DNA from: an uncultured candidate division Zixibacteria bacterium
Lineage (GTDB): Bacteria; Zixibacteria; MSB-5A5; UBA10806
Reading direction: 5' to 3'
Assembly: GCA_963817915.1 (NCBI GenBank)
Contig: CAWFQL010000017.1
Location: forward strand, 416,001-480,000
Length of the DNA stretch: 64,000 bases
Position numbers and translations under genes: made by a program. Numbering within the stretch: the first letter of the stretch is position 1; each line of letters opens with the position of its first letter. The notes beneath the pieces are model-generated. The model worked only from the letters and a program-made list of their open reading frames with translations. It searched no databases and was not told the origin of the DNA. Positions 21,276 through 31,897 of this stretch are shown here, one piece after another.

Positions 21276-24218
21276 TTGTTAGTAAAGCCTCTAATCAGGC
21301 TGGCCACGGTCATGCTAATCTTACTGGTTGCAGCGTCAACATGGGCTGGAACAACCGGAAAGATCGCAGGTAAAGTTACTGACAAAACGACAGGCGAGCC
21401 CCTTCCGGGCGTTAATGTCATTATTGTTGGTACTACCGTTGGAGCGGCTACAAACATCCAAGGTGAATTTTTCATAATCAACGTCAGACCCGAAGTTTAT
21501 ACTTTGAAGGCTAGTCTTATCGGCTACAGGCCCGTCGAGGTAAAGAATGTTCAGGTCTCAGTGGATCTCACTACTACAGTTGATTTCCAATTGGGCACCG
21601 AGACAATCGAAATGGGCACTGTCACTGTTGAAGCGGTCAGACCGTTGATAGAAAAAGATATCACCTCTTCAAGAACCACTATTACCCCGTCACAGATTAC
21701 CGATTCTGCCGTCAACGGCATTATCGCTCAATCAAACTTATCCGCGAGTTCAGTACTCGGATCGTTCAGGGGCGGACGCCAGGACAACGGCGAAGTAGTC
21801 TATATGCTTGATGGCGTCAATCTTTCTAATCCGCTCGGCGAATCGCGCGTCGGAAATAACCCTGGCTCAGGGACTACCGCTCTGGCAACTATTATTCCAA
21901 ATGAATCGATTGCCGAAGCCGAAGTCTTATCGGGCGGGTTCGGGGCTGAGTACCCCAGCGTTCAGTCTGGTGTCATTAATATTGTCACCAAAGAAGGCAG
22001 CGATAAGTTTACCGGCAAGATAAAATCCAAATCTTCGCCGGAAGTGCTATTCAAAGGCACATCGAAACTGGACAAGTACAATAGAAATAAATTGTACGAT
22101 ATGAGACAGCATGAATTTGGTTTGAGCGGTCCCATACCGATTTCCAATGTCGATGTTCCCGGAAAACTGTCGTTTTCGGCTTCGGGCGTTTATACTTATG
22201 TTCGTAGCTATCAAGATGAAAGAGCCTGGGAAAAAAGCCAGTCGATGCAGGGTAAGCTGATTTATCAGATTACATCTTCAAAGAAACTGACTTTTTCCGG
22301 TCTCAAATCGTTCGACAACTTTAAGGGCGCGAATAGAAGCAGAATGCTTTATCTCACTTGGGGATCGCCCACGTACTATACAAAGACCAATGTAAATACA
22401 GCTAACAATCAGTTGTATGATACGACGGTCTCATTTACTCCATATGCCTGGATTCTGGCTCCCAATCATACACAGGCTGAAGCCGATACGCTATATTTCC
22501 GCTGGCTGGCCGGTTATACCAATGATACCACCTGGAATCATAGGATTGGCGCCTATACATCAGTGCCGGATAGTTTGTTGAATTTGGGCAGAGATTATAT
22601 TGATAGTCTCTATAATGCCGGTACCGGCTTTGCAAGAAGCTACAGCAATTATGATATGACCCAGACCCTCGGTATGCCCGAAACATGGTCATATTCATTC
22701 GCGGTCAATTTTAATAGCACGATTAGTTCGAAGAGCTATTACGAACTTAGCTTCTCTCGATTCCTGACCGCCCAGAGAGCAAGGGTATACGACCCGTGGG
22801 ACAGACACCCGATGTCGGCGGATCAATTCCTTGATGCGCGCATCGCGGCTCCCCCAGTTTCATCAATCGAATCAAGTCTCCTGTTTGCCAACCCGATGTA
22901 TATTTCCAGATACAGTCAGGATGACCATTCGATTATTAATACCCTCAAGGGTGATTTCACAAGTCAGGTTAATTCATACAACCAGATGAAGATGGGCGCG
23001 GAAGTAAAGTTCTTTGATCTGCTTTATGATTATCGCTCATATGCATCGGGCAACAATGAATACAATTCTCAGTACAACGTGTCGCCTTATCAGATTGGCG
23101 CTTATGCCCAGGATAAGATCGAGACTCAAGGGATGATTGTTAATGTCGGTATGAGATACGATTTCTTCAATCCGAAAACAGTCGTACCATTTAATCCTCT
23201 ACAGCCTTTGAATCCTGGCTTCAGCGATGTTAATGATCCTCGCTACGGCCAGACCTCAGATCTAAATGCCAGATTGAAAGATCCAGTGCCGGCTAAGAAG
23301 AAACAGCAGATTTCTCCGAGAGTGGGAGTCAGCTTCCCGATAACCGAAAATGACGTATTGCACGTCACTTACGGCCACTATTTCCAGTTGCCGGTATTTG
23401 ATGATTTCTACACCAACCATGCATTTGATCTTCGTGGCGCATTCAAATACATCGGAAATCCCAATCTTACCGAGGAAAAAACCGTGTCGTACGAAGCAGG
23501 TATCGAGCATGGCTTTAATGATTACCTGAAATTGGCTGTCACGGGATATTTCAAGGATATTGCCGATTTGGTGAACCACAAGAGATTCATCAATAATCAG
23601 ACTGGCGATATTTTCTGGATTAATACCAATTCCGATTATGCTCGCGTAAAAGGTTTCGAGATTACTTTTACACAGCGTCCATGGCATAATTTCTCAGGTG
23701 TTTTAACCTATACTTACCAGAATGCTATGGGTAAGGCGTCGAATAAGACTCAGGGATTTTTGGACGCCTATTACCAGAGAAAGCCACGTACTGAAGATTT
23801 CCCTCTTGACTGGGATCAACGCAATACTGCGAAGGCCGATATCAATTACAGAATTCCACCTTCAGAAAATGTTATTACTGGAGACTGGGGTCTTGATGTC
23901 GTGTTTACATTCGGATCCGGTGGACCATACTCTAGCGCTACTAACGTCACGCCTCCCAATCTACCTCCTATCAACGACAAGAGAATGCCGAATACATGGC
24001 AAATCGATCTTCGAGTCGATAAGGGCGTCAAAGTATATAAGAACTATACAGTTGATGCTTTCCTTGAGGTTACAAACCTTACTGATCGCGCCAACATCAT
24101 CAATATACTTGACGTACTTAAATACGATATTACCGGATACCCTGCCGGTGCCATCGGAGATCCTTCAGCTTACTCAGCACCAAGAAGAGTACTCTTGGGA
24201 TTGCAGATGACCTTTTAA
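21276..24218 (+). CDS. TonB-dependent receptor with N-terminal carboxypeptidase-regulatory-like domain
   Basis: Signal peptide; GKIAGKVTD..GEPLPGVNV; plug SGGFGAEY..SGVINIVTK; terminal PRRVLLGLQMTF; AAGGAGG RBS. Confidence 0.93.
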   Translation: MLVKPLIRLATVMLILLVAASTWAGTTGKIAGKVTDKTTGEPLPGVNVIIVGTTVGAATNIQGEFFIINVRPEVYTLKASLIGYRPVEVKNVQVSVDLTTTVDFQLGTETIEMGTVTVEAVRPLIEKDITSSRTTITPSQITDSAVNGIIAQSNLSASSVLGSFRGGRQDNGEVVYMLDGVNLSNPLGESRVGNNPGSGTTALATIIPNESIAEAEVLSGGFGAEYPSVQSGVINIVTKEGSDKFTGKIKSKSSPEVLFKGTSKLDKYNRNKLYDMRQHEFGLSGPIPISNVDVPGKLSFSASGVYTYVRSYQDERAWEKSQSMQGKLIYQITSSKKLTFSGLKSFDNFKGANRSRMLYLTWGSPTYYTKTNVNTANNQLYDTTVSFTPYAWILAPNHTQAEADTLYFRWLAGYTNDTTWNHRIGAYTSVPDSLLNLGRDYIDSLYNAGTGFARSYSNYDMTQTLGMPETWSYSFAVNFNSTISSKSYYELSFSRFLTAQRARVYDPWDRHPMSADQFLDARIAAPPVSSIESSLLFANPMYISRYSQDDHSIINTLKGDFTSQVNSYNQMKMGAEVKFFDLLYDYRSYASGNNEYNSQYNVSPYQIGAYAQDKIETQGMIVNVGMRYDFFNPKTVVPFNPLQPLNPGFSDVNDPRYGQTSDLNARLKDPVPAKKKQQISPRVGVSFPITENDVLHVTYGHYFQLPVFDDFYTNHAFDLRGAFKYIGNPNLTEEKTVSYEAGIEHGFNDYLKLAVTGYFKDIADLVNHKRFINNQTGDIFWINTNSDYARVKGFEITFTQRPWHNFSGVLTYTYQNAMGKASNKTQGFLDAYYQRKPRTEDFPLDWDQRNTAKADINYRIPPSENVITGDWGLDVVFTFGSGGPYSSATNVTPPNLPPINDKRMPNTWQIDLRVDKGVKVYKNYTVDAFLEVTNLTDRANIINILDVLKYDITGYPAGAIGDPSAYSAPRRVLLGLQMTF

Positions 24219-24269
24219 TTAATGGCTAAGATTCGAATGATTAGTAATGTTAGGGAGGATTTAAATAAG

Positions 24270-26102
24270 ATGCGAAAAGCAATTTATTGGGGAATAGGCG
24301 GCATCCTGATAACTTTATTTTTATGTATTGTTATCAGTCAGCCTGCCTTGGCCTATGATAAGAGAGTGGCCGAAAATCCCCTTCTGCGTCACAATGGAAA
24401 TGCGCGGCCGACAGTGGTGGAGGATGTCGTATGTAATGTCGGTTACGTTTATAATAGAGTAACCAACACCACCGTGGAAAGCTCGACCGGTACCAATGAC
24501 TGGACCATCCTCATGGGGGATGATGCTTTGATTTTTCCCTCTATGAGAAGGCAGACACCGGCTCAATATGCTGCAATCAATGATTATTTATACTTCGCCA
24601 GTCTTCGTATGGGAAGAGGCGATAAGCTGGTAAAATTCTCGTCCGATACGTCGCCCGGAATTACGGTGACATCCACTTCTACCGACACTACTGCTATCAG
24701 CCTCTTCGATACCTATTTCAAAATATCAGATCAATCGCCTAATGTTTCCGATGCTGATAAAATGGGTATCGAGGTTCATAGCACAACTCATGCCTGGTCA
24801 GAGTCCTACCGTCGTAATTTTATTATTTACGACTACTGGATTCTGAATCTCAACTCGACGCCAATGGATTCATTCTTCGTCGGATTTCACGCCGACTGCG
24901 ATATTTCCGTTGCAGAGGGCGGTTCAGGCGTACAGGCCTATAGTATCGACGACTTGGTTGACTATTACCGCGACGATGTTACCGGGGAATATATTTCCTA
25001 CATGTTGGATGGTGACAACCCCAACGTTCCCGGCGATGACACCGGTGGCAATAAGATTCCCAAGGAATCCACTGGCTACATAGGTTCCAGGCTTCTCTAT
25101 TGTCCCCCTGTTATGGGAAGCTCAACCCCGTCGGTTCAATCGGGTCATGCATGGTGGGATTGGAACTCAGATCCAGCCGCTGATGCCGATTGGATGCGTA
25201 TCTTGACAGACGGTCAATGGCTGTCAAGGCCGCCGTCGGTCCACGATTATCGCTTCTTCCAGAAGCTCGGACCGTTTTCAATACCTGGTAACGACTCCAT
25301 CAGATGCCTCTATGCTTTCGGCGTAGGTGAAGGCCTGGCCGGATTGAGAACTGACCTGGGATGGGCTGCTACCCTTTTCCAACATAATTGGGTTGGCCCG
25401 TCTGCTCCGACTCCGCCCGGATACACATTAGCCCCAGGTGATCGACAGGTTGAAATCACTTGGAATACGATAGCCGAAACAACTCCCGACCAGGCAACTG
25501 GCGTGATCGATTTTGAAGGCTATAGGGTATGGCGCGCTACTGGCGCTTCCGGAAACTGGACATTGCTTATGGAATGCGATCTGGTTGATGACGTCGGTCA
25601 TAATACTGGTCTTGTCCATTCTTATCTCGATAACGATGTCAACAATGGATTCCAATACAGATACGTTGTTACCGCCTATGATAAGGGCGATCCGGCAAAC
25701 AATATCGAATCGTTTGAATCCGGAAAGGGCAACTTTCAGTTAGCAGAGCCTGGCCGTTTGGATTATACTCCGAATGCTGCCAAGACCGGAATTCATGTCG
25801 CGCCCAATCCCTTTGTAATGTCTTCGCCGCTCGGCTATGGCTTTACGCCTTCTATTACCAATCCGTCGCAGGAGAGAATCTCATTCGTGAACCTGCCGAA
25901 GGATGCCGACGCTACCGTCACAATCTACACTTTGACTGGTGATGAAATTATAAAGCTGACCAAGATATTCAACGAAACACGCGTCGATTGGGATCTGATT
26001 ACTAAGAAGACACAGAAGGTTGTGGCAGGCGTTTATCTATACGTTGTCGAATCGCCGGCCCTTAGTAAGAATCACATCGACAAATTTATGATTGTCCGCT
26101 AA
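24270..26102 (+). CDS. Secreted protein with Fn3-like domain and T9SS-type C-terminal sorting domain
   Basis: Signal peptide; DFEGYRVWR..YRYVVTAYD; IHVAPNPF...WDL.TK..QKVVAGVYLY..KFMIVR C-terminus. Confidence 0.75.
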   Translation: MRKAIYWGIGGILITLFLCIVISQPALAYDKRVAENPLLRHNGNARPTVVEDVVCNVGYVYNRVTNTTVESSTGTNDWTILMGDDALIFPSMRRQTPAQYAAINDYLYFASLRMGRGDKLVKFSSDTSPGITVTSTSTDTTAISLFDTYFKISDQSPNVSDADKMGIEVHSTTHAWSESYRRNFIIYDYWILNLNSTPMDSFFVGFHADCDISVAEGGSGVQAYSIDDLVDYYRDDVTGEYISYMLDGDNPNVPGDDTGGNKIPKESTGYIGSRLLYCPPVMGSSTPSVQSGHAWWDWNSDPAADADWMRILTDGQWLSRPPSVHDYRFFQKLGPFSIPGNDSIRCLYAFGVGEGLAGLRTDLGWAATLFQHNWVGPSAPTPPGYTLAPGDRQVEITWNTIAETTPDQATGVIDFEGYRVWRATGASGNWTLLMECDLVDDVGHNTGLVHSYLDNDVNNGFQYRYVVTAYDKGDPANNIESFESGKGNFQLAEPGRLDYTPNAAKTGIHVAPNPFVMSSPLGYGFTPSITNPSQERISFVNLPKDADATVTIYTLTGDEIIKLTKIFNETRVDWDLITKKTQKVVAGVYLYVVESPALSKNHIDKFMIVR

Positions 26103-26122
26103 TTGTGGAGGTAAGAGATAAA

Positions 26123-27139
26123 ATGAGAAAGATTCTAATACCAGCGGTTCTGTTGGCCATTCTGGGTCTCTGCCTTCCGGCTAATGCTCAGTTTGCCAAG
26201 GTCGGCACCGTCGGTTTAAAATTCCTTGATATTGGTGTCGGCGGCAGGGCCCTTGCCATGGGCGAAGCCTATGCGGCAGTCGCCAACGACGCTTCGGCTA
26301 TTTTCTGGAATCCGGCTGGCATCGCCAACGTTAAGTCGGGCGATTTCTTCGCTGGATATACAAAATGGCCGGCTGAAATAAATCTATATTCCGCAGCATT
26401 CGTAAAGAAGACGAGTTTTGGCCATTTAGGTGGTTCATTTACGATCCTAAATACCGGCTTGATGAATCGCACATCTTTTTATGATAATGATGGCGATTTC
26501 GGAGGCACTTTCGCATACGAAGATTGGGCCGCGGGCTTGTCTTATGCCACCTATTTGACCGACAAATTCGCCTTCGGAGCGACCTTTAAGCTTCTTAAGG
26601 AGAAATTGGCCGAATTCGATAAGACCGGATGGGCAGTTGATATCGGTACCTATTACGATACCGGATTTAAATCGCTCCGCATCGGATTTGCGATTCTCAA
26701 TTTCGGCCCTGATATGAAATATGACATTCCCAATGTCGACGGCGATCCTAACGGCTACGCCGATGGGCTGGATAATAACGGCGATGGCTTCGTGGATAAT
26801 AAAGTCCCGGGCACTGCTGTTCCGCTGCCTTTGACTTTCAGGGCAGGTGCTGCATTTGAAGTTTTGCAGACCGAAAACTCCAAAGCCACTATTTCCGCTG
26901 AGCTTATGCATCCTTCCGATAATAAGGAAAGATACAATTTCGGCGGCGAATACTGGTTCCAGAATATGCTCGCTATCAGAGCAGGCTGGAAGCTTAACGC
27001 CGATGAAGGCGGATTCACAGCAGGCGCCGGATTCAAGCTACCTGTGGGGACATTTGGCGATGCCTCTATAGATTATGCTTTTAGTGATCTCGGTAAACTC
27101 AAAGGAGTACATCGCGGCTCCTTTAGCATAGCATTTTAA
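26123..27139 (+). CDS. PorV/PorQ-family outer-membrane beta-barrel protein
   Basis: FLDIGVGGRALAMGEAY.A.ANDASAIFWNPAG signature; terminal HRGSFSIAF. Confidence 0.88.
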   Translation: MRKILIPAVLLAILGLCLPANAQFAKVGTVGLKFLDIGVGGRALAMGEAYAAVANDASAIFWNPAGIANVKSGDFFAGYTKWPAEINLYSAAFVKKTSFGHLGGSFTILNTGLMNRTSFYDNDGDFGGTFAYEDWAAGLSYATYLTDKFAFGATFKLLKEKLAEFDKTGWAVDIGTYYDTGFKSLRIGFAILNFGPDMKYDIPNVDGDPNGYADGLDNNGDGFVDNKVPGTAVPLPLTFRAGAAFEVLQTENSKATISAELMHPSDNKERYNFGGEYWFQNMLAIRAGWKLNADEGGFTAGAGFKLPVGTFGDASIDYAFSDLGKLKGVHRGSFSIAF

Positions 27140-27167
27140 CAACAACGCCAATTAAGGAGGAAATGAA

Positions 27168-28856
27168 GTGAACTCTTTTAAAATTCCGATCCTGTTCTTG
27201 GTGGGATTGTTGGCGTTGGGACTCATCATGGTTGGCGGATGTGCCAAAAAAGCTCAGGCGCCCAATGAAAACGTGGCCGCCGAAACTTTTATCACAACCT
27301 ACCATGTTGATATCGCACCCGATTCCGCTACGTACTACTTTGTTACCGTCTTTTGGAAATATTCCGATAAGGATGGTGAAGCATTAGAATATCGATATTG
27401 GACTAATGTCGACACGGCAAAAGTCAGAACATTCGATACAACAGTACGCCTCAGGTTTAATTTCCCTGATGCCAATACTGTAGATACATTCTATGTAGAA
27501 GCCCGCGATAATCGCGGAGTCTACGACTCGTCACCGGCCTATACCGCTATTTCCCCTGGTGGAGATAGAAATCTTGCCGAATTTTCGCCAGAAACCAATG
27601 TGATCAATTTTACCAATGGTATTCTCACGTCGGCCGGAATCAACGTAACATTCTCAGGCAGCGATATTGATGGTATAGTGCGCACTTATCAATATATGCT
27701 TGACACCGATACCCTTTGGAGAAGCGTAGACAATGACCCTGTTTCGAATACCGCGACTTTGGTCATTGATAGCATCCCACTGGGTGCGCGCACTCTGGCC
27801 GTAAGGGCGACAGATAATCTCGGACAATTAGATCGTTCACCGGCTGAAGTTAGCTTCGTGGTGGTCGATACATTGCGTCCGGATTTGTCAGTCACAGCCG
27901 GTGCAATTCCTAATGCGTTCTATTTCCTGCCGCAGGGTGGTACAAGCACCAGCGTCGCGACTACCTGGTCGGCCGACGCATCCTGGTATTACAGCACTTT
28001 GACCTATCATTTTGCGGTAGACGACACATCCACATGGTCGGCATGGCAGGAAGCTACTTCCACAGTGTTGGAGGGCCTGGGATCAGGCACGCACAACTTC
28101 TATATCGAAGCCAGGGACCTCGCCGGAAATAAGACACTCTATTCTACCACATTTGGAGTTGGAGCGTTCGTCGGTGATAGAGGCATCCTGTTAATTAATG
28201 GAATTGATTGGCCTACCTATCCTGAAGCCGTTACGATGTACGAAAATCATGCCTTATGGGGCAGCCATAACGTTAAGTTTTGGGATTTAATGCCTCATAG
28301 TGGAGCATATCCGCCGGTTCTTGATTCGATTAAAGTAGGCACCAATGGTGCGGTTCCCGGTGATTCGCTCAAATATTATAGCACGGCACTGTTTGCAATG
28401 AATGGTTATGGCGGCGACGACGCTGTATGGAATTCAATGCAACCATTGATTGAGTCGTACCTCAACGCAGGCGGCAAAGTGCTTTTGGCTTCCCGCTACG
28501 CGACTTTATTCATCAAAGGCAATTTGCTGACTTATGGCCTGACTGGCGGATCCTTGGAATTTAATGAAGTTGGAGTCAATCCAGCCGGTTTGATAGCTGT
28601 AGCTCCCGGCTTAATCAATCAACCTAGGACGTCTAGCATTTCATTAACCGATCTTCTGGCAATTCCAACTGACCCTAATGTCACCATACTATTCAATGCC
28701 ACTGGCTATTCAAATTCCGTTGGCGGGATTCTTATTACACCAGCCTCAGGTGGCAAATTCGGATTTGTGGCCGGAAGAACCTATAGATTTAATTTTACCG
28801 CCGAAGCCGCGAACTACGATACGTTGTTGGCACGGTACTTCGGGGAAACAAATTAA
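27168..28856 (+). CDS. Lipoprotein with Ig-like repeats and a C-terminal alpha/beta domain
   Basis: Lipobox VGGC; repeated FYVEARD/VRATDN/FYIEARD Ig-like strands; YLNAGGKVLL. Confidence 0.75.
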   Translation: MNSFKIPILFLVGLLALGLIMVGGCAKKAQAPNENVAAETFITTYHVDIAPDSATYYFVTVFWKYSDKDGEALEYRYWTNVDTAKVRTFDTTVRLRFNFPDANTVDTFYVEARDNRGVYDSSPAYTAISPGGDRNLAEFSPETNVINFTNGILTSAGINVTFSGSDIDGIVRTYQYMLDTDTLWRSVDNDPVSNTATLVIDSIPLGARTLAVRATDNLGQLDRSPAEVSFVVVDTLRPDLSVTAGAIPNAFYFLPQGGTSTSVATTWSADASWYYSTLTYHFAVDDTSTWSAWQEATSTVLEGLGSGTHNFYIEARDLAGNKTLYSTTFGVGAFVGDRGILLINGIDWPTYPEAVTMYENHALWGSHNVKFWDLMPHSGAYPPVLDSIKVGTNGAVPGDSLKYYSTALFAMNGYGGDDAVWNSMQPLIESYLNAGGKVLLASRYATLFIKGNLLTYGLTGGSLEFNEVGVNPAGLIAVAPGLINQPRTSSISLTDLLAIPTDPNVTILFNATGYSNSVGGILITPASGGKFGFVAGRTYRFNFTAEAANYDTLLARYFGETN

Positions 28857-28922
28857 TTTAGCGAGTGAACTATGTCGGTGAATTCGCTTTTATACCGAAA
28901 TAGTAAAAGGAGAAAAATAGAA

Positions 28923-30383
28923 ATGATTAAAAAAACTCCTCTGACATGGTTAATAGCCGGCTTACTGATAGCGGCCCTCGCGATCATTATGTCTGGTTGT
29001 TCGACCGAGAAGCCATGGGGTACAAATCCCTCAAGGCCTCTCGTATTAACCGTTGTCTCTGGTCCGGGCTCTGCCGATACAATCGGTATCGGCGCTCCCG
29101 TAGGCTTCTCTTGGGTAGCTAAGGGAGGAACGGGCGATGCCCAATATCAATACAGAGTCGATTCGGGTGCGTATACGGCTCTTTCGCGGATAACGAGCAT
29201 TTCGCTCACAGATCTTACGGCCGGATCCCATACGGTGACCGTTAGAGCCGAAGATACTGCAGCTAATGTCGATACTACATCGCGTACATTCCATATTGCC
29301 GCTGATACGCAGGCCCCGTTTGTCTGGATTACCGAGGCGCCCACCGCCGGCACTTCCGCAGCAGTCGGAAGCGTCCTGGTGTTTTCGTGGGCTGGTTATG
29401 ATTCCCTTGGAAACAGAAATAACATCAAGTTTTATTATGATTTCAACGGAACCGTATCCGATACGACAATTGATAGAACCGTAACTTTTGCAAATGTGTC
29501 CGCTGCCGATCCCGCGATCTTCAAGGTTTGGGCAGTCGACCTGACCGGAAATGTTTCCACTCATCCTGATTCGGTTGTATTTGTAATTAAGACAGCGTCG
29601 ATTCTCTATATCGATGACTATCGATGGCTGGATAATTATGGCAATATTAATCGATTAAAAGAGCGGGAGCAAAAGGCCTTCTACGCCAGTACTCTTCAGG
29701 GCTATGCTTTTGCCGAGTGGGACAACAATGTCTCCGGTACACCAACAGCAGGCAATGTCGCAGGCTATACGACAATCCTCTGGGCCGCCGACTCCGATGT
29801 TGGCAGTGCAGACCCCGATTACAGACTTTGGTATGATGTTGGAGCTCTTGGTGGTGGAGTGTTGAAGACATTTATCGATGGCGGCGGGAAATTGATCCTC
29901 ACTGGATCAGAAGCGCTGGCTTATGTATTCAATACCAATCCTCCTGTTGCAGGTGATTTTGATGCTGCATACCTCGGCACTTCTGATACTCTCATAATCG
30001 CCTCAATAGATACGACTGTTACGCCATGGGATACTACCTATGCGGAGACCTGGGTGCATTCTACAGATTTCACCTGGGCTATCAAGGCTTCTGCCGCGAC
30101 CGGTTATCCTGATTCCATGAAGATCGACGTAGGCAAAAATGGCAATCAGTTGGCCAATTGCGCATCGTTGGTTTACATTAAAGCTGGAGTAACAAGGATA
30201 TTCAATGTCGGTCTCGATGTTGATGGTGCTGAACCTGATAATTACGGTGCAGCGTGTGCATGGACCTATGCACCCGGCGGAAATTATAGGTCGGCGATAA
30301 TCTCCTTCGATACATTCTCAATGGGCGAACCAGCCATGAGACAGACTTTCGGGAGAATTCTAACACTTTTCGGCGAGCATTAG
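28923..30383 (+). CDS. Lipoprotein with Ig-like repeats, paralog-like to the preceding gene
   Basis: Lipobox MSGC; HTVTVRAED, FKVWAVD; FIDGGGKLILTG; AGGAG RBS. Confidence 0.75.
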   Translation: MIKKTPLTWLIAGLLIAALAIIMSGCSTEKPWGTNPSRPLVLTVVSGPGSADTIGIGAPVGFSWVAKGGTGDAQYQYRVDSGAYTALSRITSISLTDLTAGSHTVTVRAEDTAANVDTTSRTFHIAADTQAPFVWITEAPTAGTSAAVGSVLVFSWAGYDSLGNRNNIKFYYDFNGTVSDTTIDRTVTFANVSAADPAIFKVWAVDLTGNVSTHPDSVVFVIKTASILYIDDYRWLDNYGNINRLKEREQKAFYASTLQGYAFAEWDNNVSGTPTAGNVAGYTTILWAADSDVGSADPDYRLWYDVGALGGGVLKTFIDGGGKLILTGSEALAYVFNTNPPVAGDFDAAYLGTSDTLIIASIDTTVTPWDTTYAETWVHSTDFTWAIKASAATGYPDSMKIDVGKNGNQLANCASLVYIKAGVTRIFNVGLDVDGAEPDNYGAACAWTYAPGGNYRSAIISFDTFSMGEPAMRQTFGRILTLFGEH

Positions 30384-30405
30384 ACCTTCGCCGATTCCGA
30401 GAAAC

Positions 30406-30442
30406 AAGCCCGCCCGCCACAACGGCGGACGGGCTTTATTTT
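30406..30442 (+). terminator. Intrinsic terminator-like hairpin
   Basis: AAGCCCGCCCGCC-ACAAC-GGCGGACGGGCTT followed by TATTTT. Confidence 0.8.
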
Positions 30443-30445
30443 AAA

Positions 30446-31897
30446 ATGAAAAAACTGCTCTTTGTAATTCTCATTATTATATTTGCGGCGAATAAGGCGT
30501 ATCCAATATCGGCTACATTAACCGCCAAATTAGATTCGTTGGTTGCGGATACCTTGCTATGTAGTGCAACTATCGGGCTTGCAGTATATGATCTCAACAC
30601 CGATTCAACCATCTACTCCCTCAATTCCGAAAAATTGTCAACTCCTGCTTCTAATCTTAAGCTCTTCACCAGCGCCGCCGCCCTTCATTATTTGAAATCA
30701 GGCTATCGGTTCAAAACGTCTTTTTTTACTAGCGGAAAGCTTAATAAAAAAGGCACTCTCAAAGGCGATCTGATAATTGTCGGTGGCGGAGATCCATTGA
30801 TTTCCGGGCGATTCCGACAAAACGTCACCGAAATCCTTGAATTCTGGGCTGATAGTATTAGGGCCAAAGGCATCAATAATATCGATGGCCGTATAATTAT
30901 TGATAATACTTTTTTCGATGGTCCCGAACTTGGAAATGGCTGGTCCTGGGATGATTTATCATATTGGTATGCCTGTCCGACATCGGCGCTGTCATTTAAT
31001 GATAATTGCGTCGACCTCCGATTATTGCCTGGCATCAAAATAGGGGATAAGGCCAAAATTCAGATTGATCCTCAATCCGATTATATTACTATCACAAATA
31101 ATTCGACAACCCTATCTGCCGATAGCCAGTTTACCTTAGATTATTATCGTATTCCGAATACTAACGATATTACTTTTTTCGGTGGAATCTCTATAGATGA
31201 CACGCTGGGCCATGTCGATTATGTCTCTGTCGACAGCCCCGGAATTTATTGCGCTTATATATTCGACGATATACTAAAATCAAAAGGCATCAAAACCCGC
31301 AAGAATAATATTTCGAGTATAGATAAATCAGCAATTATCGAACAAAATCATCTATTTGATTGGTATTCCGATACGCTCGGAGTAGTTATCTCGGTCATCA
31401 ACAAGAACAGCCAGAATTTCTTTGCCGAACAAGCCCTAAAGACTATTGGCAAAATTGTGACCGGTAACGGTAGTTTTAACGGCGGAATCAAAGCCGCTAC
31501 GGCATTCTTTGATTCAATTGGCATAAGTAAAAATGACTTGATCATGGCCGATGGCTCGGGGCTTTCATATATGAATCTCGTGAAGCCGAATGCCATTTTG
31601 AATTTATTAAAATATCAATTTCATAGCATGGATTTTGCCGCGTATTATGCGTCATTGCCGATTGCCGGGGTCGATAGATCCTTAAGAAATCGATTGTCCG
31701 GAATCGAAAACCGCGATCATTTAAGAGCCAAAACCGGTTTTATTTCAGGCGTATCCAGTTTTTCCGGGTATATCGATGGCCCCCAAAGCGGCCGCATGAT
31801 AGCATTCTCGATTATCATTAATAACTACTCTTGTCCGACATCATATGCCGAAGATTGGGAAGATAAAATCGGCACTGCTTTGCTGATGGAGTATTGA
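30446..31897 (+). CDS. dacB: D-alanyl-D-alanine carboxypeptidase/endopeptidase (PBP4, S13 family)
   Basis: PASNLK (SxxK), GGGDP, SQN (SxN), DGSGLS, AKTG. Confidence 0.95.
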   Translation: MKKLLFVILIIIFAANKAYPISATLTAKLDSLVADTLLCSATIGLAVYDLNTDSTIYSLNSEKLSTPASNLKLFTSAAALHYLKSGYRFKTSFFTSGKLNKKGTLKGDLIIVGGGDPLISGRFRQNVTEILEFWADSIRAKGINNIDGRIIIDNTFFDGPELGNGWSWDDLSYWYACPTSALSFNDNCVDLRLLPGIKIGDKAKIQIDPQSDYITITNNSTTLSADSQFTLDYYRIPNTNDITFFGGISIDDTLGHVDYVSVDSPGIYCAYIFDDILKSKGIKTRKNNISSIDKSAIIEQNHLFDWYSDTLGVVISVINKNSQNFFAEQALKTIGKIVTGNGSFNGGIKAATAFFDSIGISKNDLIMADGSGLSYMNLVKPNAILNLLKYQFHSMDFAAYYASLPIAGVDRSLRNRLSGIENRDHLRAKTGFISGVSSFSGYIDGPQSGRMIAFSIIINNYSCPTSYAEDWEDKIGTALLMEY

